Assembly: GCF_036365525.1 (NCBI RefSeq)
Contig: NW_027141363.1
Location: 1,302,001 to 1,366,000, forward strand
Reading direction: 5' to 3'
Source of the DNA: Heterodontus francisci
Taxonomy: Eukaryota
DNA length: 64,000 nt
Part shown: positions 8,743-18,100 of the stretch, piece after piece
Layout: every line of letters starts with the position of its first letter
Position numbering within the stretch: the first letter of the stretch is position 1
Program-made: the position numbers and the translations under genes
The notes under the pieces: generated by a model
What the model saw: only the letters and a program-made list of their open reading frames with translations
Told to the model about the DNA's origin: nothing
The model's database searches: none

Positions 8743-9955
8743 TTTAAAGTTTACTCATTCACACCTGTGTGGTTTTAAAGTTTACTCATTCACACCGGTG
8801 TGTTTAAAGTTTACTCATTCACACCGGTGTGTTTAAAGTTTACTCATTCACACCGCTGTGTTTAAAGTTTACTCATTCACACCGGTGTGTTCAAAGTTTA
8901 CTCATTCGCACCGCTGTGTTCAAAGTTTACTCATTCGCACCGCTGTGTTCAAAGTTTACTCATTCGCACCGCTGTGTTCAAAGTTTACTCATTCGCACCG
9001 CTGTGTTCAAAGTTTACTCATTCGCACCGCTGTGTTCAAAGTTTACTCATTCGCACCGGTGTGTTCAAAGTTTACTCATTCTCACCAGTGTGTTCAAAGT
9101 TTACTCATTCACACCGGTGTGTTCAAAGTTTACTCATTCTCACCGGTGTGTTCAAAGTTTACTCATTCTCACCAGTGTGTTCAAAGTTTACTCATTCACA
9201 CCGCTGTGTTCAAAGTTTACTCATTCGCACCGGTGTGTTCAAAGTTTACTCATTCTCACCAGTGTGTTCAAAGTTTACTCATTCACACCGCTGTGTTCAA
9301 AGTTTACTCATTCACACCGCTGTGTTCAAAGTTTACTCATTCACACCGCTGTGTTCAAAGTTTACTCATTCACACCGCTGTGTTCAAAGTTTACTCATTC
9401 ACACCGCTGTGTTCAAAGTTTACTCATTCACACCGCTGTGTTCAAAGTTTACTCATTCACACCGCTGTGTTCAAAGTTTACTCATTCACACCGCTGTGTT
9501 CAAAGTTTACTCATTCGCACCGCTGTGTTCAAAGTTTACTCATTCGCACCGGTGTGTTCAAAGTTTACTCATTCTCACCAGTGTGTTCAAAGTTTACTCA
9601 TTCACACCGGTGTGTTCAAAGTTTACTCATTCTCACCGGTGTGTTCAAAGTTTACTCATTCTCACCAGTGTGTTCAAAGTTTACTCATTCACACCGCTGT
9701 GTTCAAAGTTTACTCATTCGCACCGGTGTGTTCAAAGTTTACTCATTCTCACCAGTGTGTTCAAAGTTTACTCATTCACACCGCTGTGTTCAAAGTTTAC
9801 TCATTCACACCGCTGTGTTCAAAGTTTACTCATTCACACCGCTGTGTTCAAAGTTTACTCATTCACACCGCTGTGTTCAAAGTTTACTCATTCACACCGC
9901 TGTGTTCAAAGTTTACTCATTCACACCGCTGTGTTCAAAGTTTACTCATTCACAC
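8743..9955 (+). repeat. 29-bp minisatellite TTCAAAGTTTACTCATTC(A/G/T)CACC(GC/GG/AG)TGTG, ~42 copies
   Basis: Direct reading; three open frames with a 29-aa period. Confidence 0.98.
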
Positions 9956-10029
9956 TCCTCTTGCCCTGTGACGACCGCTGATAGTTTTTCCTGCCGGATT
10001 GTCGACTGAACTTTCCTTTATTGGCTTAT

Positions 10030-10335
10030 GTACAGAATATAAGAGCAGAGAGGTTATGCTCGAACTGTAGAAAGCTCTAGTTTGACCACGACATATAGGA
10101 GGAAAGATTGGAACAGGCTGGAATTGTTTTCTTTGGAACTGAGGCGAGATTTAATTGAAGTGTATAAAATGACGATGGGCTGAGATAGAGTGGATAGATA
10201 GGAAGGACCCATTTCCCTTCGCAGACAATTCAAGTAATTGGAAGAGAGATGAGGGCTAATTTTTTCACCCAGGTAGGGAACTGGAATTCACAGACTGAAA
10301 GGGTGGTAGAAACCCTCATCGCGTATAAAAAAACA
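10030..10335 (+). mobile_element. Degenerate CR1 3' fragment (also at 30295-30600 and 50589-50894)
   Basis: GAATATAAGAGCAGAGAGGTTATGCTCGAACTGTA..AAAGCTCTAGTT and GAGATTTAATTGAAGTGTATAAAAT CR1 motifs. Confidence 0.65.
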
Positions 10336-10430
10336 CTCGGAAGGAATCATTTCTCCACGTCTACCCTGTCCCGTCGAACACTCTCGAAGAACGTACCGCA
10401 CGGTTTAGAAACCGAGTAAAGCTCCGTTTA

Positions 10431-11598
10431 AATCCCGCCCTGCACATAAAATGGAGGGAGAATTCCCGCCCTGCACGTAAAATGGAGGTAGAATCCCCCC
10501 TGCACATAAAATGGAGGGAGAATCCCCCCCTTCACGTAAAATGGAGGTAGAATCCCCCCCTGCACGTAATATGGAGGGAGAATCCCCCCCTGCACGTTAA
10601 ATGGAGGGAGAAATCCCCCCTGCACGTTAAATGGAGGGAGAATTCTCCCCTGCACGTTAAATGGAGGGAGAATCCCCCCTGCACGTAAAATGGAGGGAGA
10701 ATCCCCCCCTGCACGTAAAATGGAGGGAGAATCCCCCCCTGCACGTAAAATGGAGGGAGAATCCCCCCCTGCACGTAAAATGGAGGGAGAATCCCCCCCT
10801 GCACGTAAAATGGAGGGAGAATCCCCCCCTGCACGTAAAATGGAGGGAGAATCCCCCCCTGCACGTAAAATGGAGGGAGAATCCCCCCTGCACGTAAAAT
10901 GGAGGGAGAATCCCCCCCTGCACGTAAAATGGAGGGAGAATCCCCCCCTGCACGTAAAATGGAGGGAGAATCCCCCCCTGCATGTAAAATGGAGGGAGAA
11001 TCCCCCCCTGCATGTAAAATGGAGGGAGAATCCCCCCCTGCATGTAAAATGGAGGGAGAATCCCCCCCTGCACGTAAAATGGAGGGAGAATCCCCCCCTG
11101 CACGTAAAATGGAGGGAGAATCCACCCCTTCACGTAAAATGGAGGGAGAATCCACCCCTTCACGTAAAATGGAGGGAGAATCCACCCCTTCACGTAAAAT
11201 GGAGGGAAAATCCCCCCTTCATGTAAAATGGAGGTAGAATCCCCCCCTGCACGTTAAATGGAGGGAGAATTCTCCCCTTCACGTAAAATGGAGGGAGAAT
11301 CCACCCCTTCACGTAAAATGGAGGGAGAATCCACCCCTTCACGTAAAATGGAGGGAGAATCCACCCCTTCACGTAAAATGGAGGGAGAATCCACCCCTTC
11401 ACGTAAAATGGAGGGAAAATCCCCCCTTCACGTAAAATGGAGGTAGAATACCCCCCTGCACGTTAAATGGAGGGAGAATTCTCCCCTTCACGTAAAATGG
11501 AGGGAGAATCCCCCTCTACACATAAAATGGAGGGAGATACCTCTCTACGTATAAAATAGAGGGTGTTCCACCTGTACATATAAAATGGAGGGGATCCC
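10431..11598 (+). repeat. 30-bp minisatellite CCCTGCACGTAAAATGGAGGGAGAATCCCC, ~39 copies
   Basis: Direct reading; homogeneous centre, degenerate ends. Confidence 0.98.
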
Positions 11599-11716
11599 AC
11601 AGACACTTCACCCATTTTAAAACACTTTTTAAACATTTTTATACCAGAAACAGGGCCGAGTATCATATAAACAGAGGCGTGGTCAAATACATTCTTAACT
11701 GGTGCATTGGGGTGAG

Positions 11717-12437
11717 GGGGAGAGAGAGACAGAGAGAGACAGTAAACTTTGAGGAGGACACAAATAGACTACAAAGGGAGCTGGAGAGAGACCGACAAAG
11801 GGAGAGAGAGAAAAAGAGGGAGAAGGAGAGATGGAGGGAGAGAGAAATAGAGAGAAGCAGAAAAGGTGTGTGAGAGAGAGAGAGAGAGAGAGAGACAGAA
11901 TCATGGACAGAGGGGGAGAGAATCAGATAGGGAGAGAGACAGGGGGAGAATGAGATAGGAACAGAGAGAGATACAGAGACTGACACGCACACACACACAG
12001 AGGTGGAGGTTGCTGTCTCAATCCTTTGATCCTTCGGTTTATAACTCTTATTTGTCTGGAATTGGGTGTTGCTGAGAGAGTGTTTGTGTAACCTTGGGCA
12101 ATTCCTGGACTCCTGCTGTGCTGGAGTTGGCAGATTACACAGAGAGACAGACAGGCTGAGAGAGGGAGAGAGAGACACACACAGACAGGCTGAGAGTGAG
12201 AGACACACACACAGGCAGGCTGAGAGTGAGAGAGAGACACACACACAGGCAGGCTGAGAGTGAGAGAGAGACACACAGGCAGGCTGAGAGAGAGAGAGAG
12301 ACAGACACACACACAGACAGGCTGAGAGAGAGAGAGAGAGACACACAGGCAGGCTGAGAGTGAGAGAGAGACACACACAGGCAGGCTGAGAGAGAGAGAG
12401 AGACACACACACACACACAAATAGAGAGAGAGAGAGC
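11717..12437 (+). repeat. GA/CA-rich low-complexity tract with a (CAGGCTGAGAG..GA)n(CA)n compound repeat; copies at 31982-32702 and 52276-52996
   Basis: Direct reading. Confidence 0.9.
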
Positions 12438-13269
12438 AGGAAAGGACAGGGTAAACACATCCACGCTTCCCAGTCTCTGGCTCTGTGTCGAGGGATGTAT
12501 TTGGAAGACGGGGAGTCACTGAGAGATTGTTTTATGTCAGTGTGTGAGAGAAAGAGCTCTGGGCTCTCGCTGTGTTTTATTTCTCTTCAAAAATGCTTTG
12601 CTGTGTTTGAATCAATTTTATTTCTCTTATTCCCAAGGAGAATCTTTTCGGACGATGCAGAGGGAGAATCTTTTGGCCGCGTGGAATTCTCAGACAAGGG
12701 AGGGAAAATAATAATAAATAGATATGTGTCATTGTCAAATTCATTTCTACATACAGAGCAGAAAACGGGGCTGATAGAAAAACAAAGTGCTGCAAATGCT
12801 CAGTATTTCGAACACACTTTTTATTTCACATTTCCAGTATCCGCACTATTTTGATTTGATGTTTTCCGGGGGGGGGGGGGTCTGTGGATTTATTTTATCC
12901 ACGAGGGAGGGGGTTGGAGTGTTTGCTCCCAAAGGGAATAGTTTGGGAAGAGCTGCTCCAGGACAGTCAATGTAATTCCCTACATTTCCCCCCCTCTCTC
13001 TCTCTCTCTCTCCATCTCTTGCTGCAACTTGTTCCCTGAACCTTCTTCCTAACTTGTGTTTCTTCACATCTTTAAATCCCTATCTCTGTATCTCTCAACA
13101 TCCTTTCTATCTCTGCCTGTCTCCTTGTGACCCAGGGGGAGTGGGAATATTTCTATTTCCCTCTCTATTACTCGCTCTGTCTCTCCATGTTGGGTCCCTT
13201 TAAGAATCTGGTGCCGACCCCACCCGAAACCGGGGAATCTCGGCTGGCGCCTTTTCTCTGACCCTTGAT

Positions 13270-13385
13270 CTCCAGACACGTGGGGAGAGGCAGCCAATCA
13301 GAGCTCACACTGACGCCCTGGCGGGAAGGAGACGTCATCGGCCGCCATGTTTGCGTGTCGTCATCAGCCGCCGTCGAACAGAGTC
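13270..13385. promoter_or_regulatory. Compact Pol II promoter-like motif cluster; copies at 33535-33650 and 53829-53944
   Basis: E-box CACGTG 13277, CCAAT 13294, TGACG 13311, E2F-type TGGCGGGAA 13319, CRE GACGTCA 13331, YY1 GCCGCCATGTT 13341, CRE half-site 13359; CpG-rich. Confidence 0.6.
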
Positions 13386-14661
13386 CGGGGGAACTATTTA
13401 AATGTGGGACTCTGTAAACGGGGGAACTATTTAAATGTGGGACTCTGTAAACGGGGGAACTATTTAAATGTGGGACTTTGTAAACGGGGGAACTATTTAA
13501 ATGTGGGACTCTAAACGGGGGAACTATTTAAATGTGGGACTCTAAACGGGGGAACTATTTAAATGTGGGACTTTGTAAACGGGGGAACTATTTAAATGTG
13601 GGACTCTAAACGGGGGAACTATTTAAATGTGGGACTCTGTAAACGGGGGAAATATTTAAATGTGGGACTCTGTAAACGGGGGAACTATTTAAATGTGGGA
13701 CTCTGTAAACGGGGGAACTATTTAAATGTGGGACTCTAAACGGGGGAACTATTTAAATGTGGGACTCTGTAAACGGGGGAACTATTTAAATGTGGGACTC
13801 TGTAAACGGGGGAACTATTTAAATGTGGGACTCTAAACGGGGGAACTATTTAAATGTGGGACTCTGTAAACGGGGGAACTATTTAAATGTGGGACTCTAA
13901 ACGGGGTAACTATTTAAATGTGGGACTCTGTAAACGGGGGAACTATTTAAATGTGGGACTCTAAACGGGGGAACTATTTAAATGGGACTCTGTAAACGGG
14001 GGAACTATTTAAATGTGACTCTTCCGGGGGAACTATTTAAATGTGACTCTATTCCTGGGGAAGTATTTAAATGTGACTCTGTAAACGTGGGAACTATTTA
14101 AATGTGACTCTGTTCCTGGGGAAGTATTTAAATGTGACTCTGTTCCTGGGGAAGTATTTAAGTGTGACTCTGTAAACGGGGGAAGTATTTGAATGTGACT
14201 CTGTTCCTGGGGAAGTATTTAAGTGTGACTCTGTAAACGGGGGAAGTATTAAAATGTGACTCTGTTCCTGGGGAAGTATTTAAGTGTGACTCTGTAAACG
14301 GGGGAAATATTTAAATGTGACTCTGTTCCTGGGGAAGTATTTAAATGTGACTCTGTTCCTGGGGAAGTATTTAAGTGTGACTCTGTAAACGGGGGAAGTA
14401 TTTGAATGTGACTCTGTTCCTGGGGAAGTATTTAAATGTGACTCTGTTCCTGGGGAAGTATTTAAATGTGACTCTGTTCCTGGGGAAGTATTTAAATGTG
14501 ACTCTTCCGGGGGAAGTATTTAAATGTGACTCTTCCGGGGGAAGTATTTAAATGTGACTCTTCCGGGGGAAGTATTTAAATGTGACTCTGTTCCTGGGGA
14601 AGTATTTAAATGTGACTCTGTTCCTGGGGAAGTATTTAAATGTAACTCTGTTCCTGGGGGG
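13386..14661 (+). repeat. 29-33-bp minisatellite GGGGAA(C/G)TATTTAAATGTG(GG)ACTCT(GTAAAC/GTTCCT), ~41 copies, polarised
   Basis: Left half has GGGACTCT(GT)AAAC variants, right half has GTGACTCTGTTCCT variants, with a mixed zone between. Confidence 0.97.
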
Positions 14662-15124
14662 GTCTTCAAATTAAAACATAAACACAGATTCATTTCCCTC
14701 CTCCTCCTCCTCTTGTCTGACTGTCTCAGGGTTTTTTTTGAATATTGTTCCATTCTCCACTTCTTCCATGTGTCTGAAGTCTTTGAAGTTTGTCAGACAT
14801 TGGTAAACTACTTCATGTGGTGTTCTGTAAATAACTTCCATTCTGTGTATCTGCAAGGGACACAATTCAAATTCTCACCTTATTGCATCAACCAAAAGCT
14901 ACAGGTCCATTCAAACACCCCCTATTTCCTGTCTCTGCAAAGATAGCTCACACTTCCCCAATGCAGGAATGTCTGAATGGAAACAGCTTTGGACACATTT
15001 CCCAACACGTTTGCTAAAACTTTTCACGATGAAGCTCGATTCAACTGACAAGACTCCAAGCCCCAAATTGAATCTTCCCGATATAAAAAAAGTGACGCAA
15101 ATGAAATCCCAGATCTCTCTGTCC

Positions 15125-18100
15125 CTGCAGAGTGGATTTCTTTCCCTCTCTGAGTGAGAGGAACAGGAGGGAGAGAGACGCAGGAGACTGAGGGAATCAG
15201 AAGGGGAGAGGAGGGATTGCTGGCTGTTATCATTTTGCTTCTTTTGGGATCTTGCTGTGAACAAATAGCCTGCACAATTTTCCTACATGACAACAATGAG
15301 GACACTTTAAAATTCAGCTTCCTGAGGGTCTGAGTGTGGATTCTTCAGTGTTTTTACAAGAAGTTTGTGAATCTGAGGGTGAAATGAAACATACGGCAGC
15401 CATTTTAGCTTGAGAGTCAGTTCGCAGAGTGGATTTCTCTCCCTCTCTGACTGAGAGGAACAGGAGGGAGAGTGAGGGAATCAGAGGGGAGAGGAGGGAT
15501 AGCTGGCTGTTATCACACTGCTGCTTTTGGGATCTTGCTGTGTACAAATGCCCTGAACATTTCCTACATGACAACAATGAGAACACTTTAAAATTCAGCT
15601 TCCTGAGGGTCTGAGTGTGGATTCCTTGGTGTTTTTAACAACAAATTTGTAAATCTGAGGGTGAAATGAAACATACGGCAGCCATTTTAGCTTGAGAGTC
15701 AGTTCGCAGAGTGGATTTCTCTGTGAGTGAGAGGAAAAGGAGGGAGAGAGATGCAGGAGAGTGAGGGAATCAGAAGGGATTGCTGGCTGTTATTACACTG
15801 CTGCTTTTGGGATCTTGCTGTGTACAAATCTCCTGTTGCATTTCCTACATGACAACAATGAGAACACTTTAAAATTCAGCTTCCTGAGGGTCTGAGTGTG
15901 GATTCCTTGGTGTTTTTAACAACAAATTTGTAAATCTGAGGGTGAAATGAAACATACGGCAGCCATTTTAGCTTGAGAGTCAGTTCGCAGAGTGGATTTC
16001 TCTGTGAGTGAGAGGAAAAGGAGGGAGAGAGATGCAGGAGAGTGAGGGAATCAGAAGGGATTGCTGGCTGTTATTACACTGCTGCTTTTGGGATCTTGCT
16101 GTGTACAAATCTCCTGTTGCATTTCCTACATGACAACAATGAGAACACTTTAAAATTCAGCTTCCTGAGGGTCTGAGTGTGGATTCCTGGGTGTTTTTAC
16201 AAGAATTTTCTGAATCTGTGCGTGAAATGAAACATACGGCAGCCATTTTAGCTTGAGAGTCATTTCGCAGAGTGGATTTCTCTCTCTGAGTGAGAGGAAC
16301 AGGAGGGAGAGAGACGCAGGAGAGTGAGGGAATCAGAGGGGGAGAGGAGGGATAGCTGGCTGTTATCACACTGCTGCTTTTGGGATCTTGCTGTGTACAA
16401 ATCCCTGCACAATTTCCTACATGACAACAATGACAACACTTTAAAATTCAGCTTCCTGAGGGTTTGAGTGTGGATTCCTGGGTGTTTTTAAAAGAATTCT
16501 CTGAATCTGAGGGTGAAATGAAACATACGGCAGCCATTTTAGCTTGAGAGTCAGTTCGCAGAGTGGATTTCTCTCTCTCTCTGAGTGAGAGGGACGGGCA
16601 GGAGAGTGAGGGAATCAGAGGGGGAGAGGAGGGATAGCTGGCTGTTATCACACTGCTGCTTTTGGGATCTTGCTGTGTACAAATGCCCTGAACATTTCCT
16701 ACATGACAACAATGAGAACACTTTAAAATTCAGCTTCCTGAGGGTCTGAGTGTGGATTCCTTGGTGTTTTTAACAACAAATTTGTAAATCTGAGGGTGAA
16801 ATGAAACATATGGCAGCCATTTTAGCTTGAGAGTCAGTTCGCAGAGTGGATTTCTCTCTCTGAGTGAGAGGAACAGGAGGGAGAGATACGCAGGAGAGTG
16901 AGGGAATCAGAGGGGGAGAGGAGGGATAGCTGGCTGTTATCACACTGCTGCTTTTGGGATCTTGCTGTGTACAAATCCCTGCACAATTTCCTACATGACA
17001 ACAATGACAACACTTTAAAATTCAGCTTCCTGAGGGTTTGAGTGTGGATTCCTGGGTGTTTTTAAAAGAATTCTCTGAATCTGAGGGTGAAATGAAACAT
17101 ACGGCAGCCATTTTAGCTTGAGAGTCAGTTCGCAGAGTGGATTTCTCTCTCTGAGTGAGAGGAACAGGAGGGAGAGATACGCAGGAGAGTGAGGGAATCA
17201 GAAGGGGAGAGGAGGGATAGCTGGCTGTTATCATTTTACTTCTTTTGGGATCTTGCTGTGTACAAATAGCCTGAACAATTTTCCTACATGACAACAATGA
17301 CAACACTATAAAATTCAGCTTCCTGAGGGTCTGAGTGTGGATTCCTTGGTGTTTTTAACAACAATATTGTAAATCTGAGGGTGAAATGAAACATACGGCA
17401 GCCATTTTAGCTTGAGAGTCAGTTCGCAGAGTGGATTTCTCTCTGAGTGAGAGGAACAGGAGGGAGAGTGATGCAGGAGAGTGAGGGTGTCAGAGGGGGA
17501 GAGGAGGGATAGCTGGCTGCTATCACACTGCTGCTTTTGGGATCTTGCTGTGTACAAATAGCCAGCACAAATTTCCTACATGACAACAATGAGAACATTT
17601 TAAAATTCATCTTCCTGAGGGTCTGAGTGTGGATTCCTTGGTGTTTTTAACAACAATTTTGTAAATCTGAGGGTGAAATGAAACATACGGCAGCCATTTT
17701 AGCTTGAGAGTCAGTTCGCAGAGTGGATTTCTCTCTCTGAGTGAGAGGAACAGGAGGGAGAGTGATGCAGGAGAGTGAGGGAATCAGAAGGGGAGAGGAG
17801 GGATTGCTGGTTGTTATCATTTTGCTTCTTTTGGGATCTTGCTGTGTACAAATAGCCTGCACAGTTTCCCTACATGACAACAATGAGAACATTTTAAAAT
17901 TCAGCTTCCTGAGGGTCTGAGTGTGGATTCCTTGGTGTTTTTAACAACAATTTTGTCAATCTGAGGGTGAAATGAAACATACGGCAGCCATTTTAGCTTG
18001 AGAGTCAGTTCGCAGAGTGGATTTCTCCCTCTCAGTGTGAGGAACAGGAGGGAGAGAGACGCAGGAGAGTGAGGGAATCAGAGTGGAAGAGGAGGGATAG

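Noticed and set aside
8743-9955. CRISPR-like or RSS array
   Set aside because: Repeats are contiguous with no unique spacers, the context is eukaryotic, and the heptamer CACAGCG has no nonamer at 12 nt (AAACTTTGA) or 23 nt.
8829-10009. 364-393-aa ORFs in all three + frames with Cys/His periodicity (zinc-finger-like appearance)
   Set aside because: Read-through of a stop-free 29-bp minisatellite; all frames give the same peptide and there is no C2H2 spacing or linker.
10428-11666. Repetitive ORFs (MEGESPPARK)n and (GGILPPFYVQ)n
   Set aside because: 30-bp minisatellite translations on both strands with frameshifts in the C-runs.
11663-12519. 265-aa and 198-aa Leu/Ser/Cys/Val-rich ORFs
   Set aside because: Translations of (CT)n/(GT)n low-complexity sequence.
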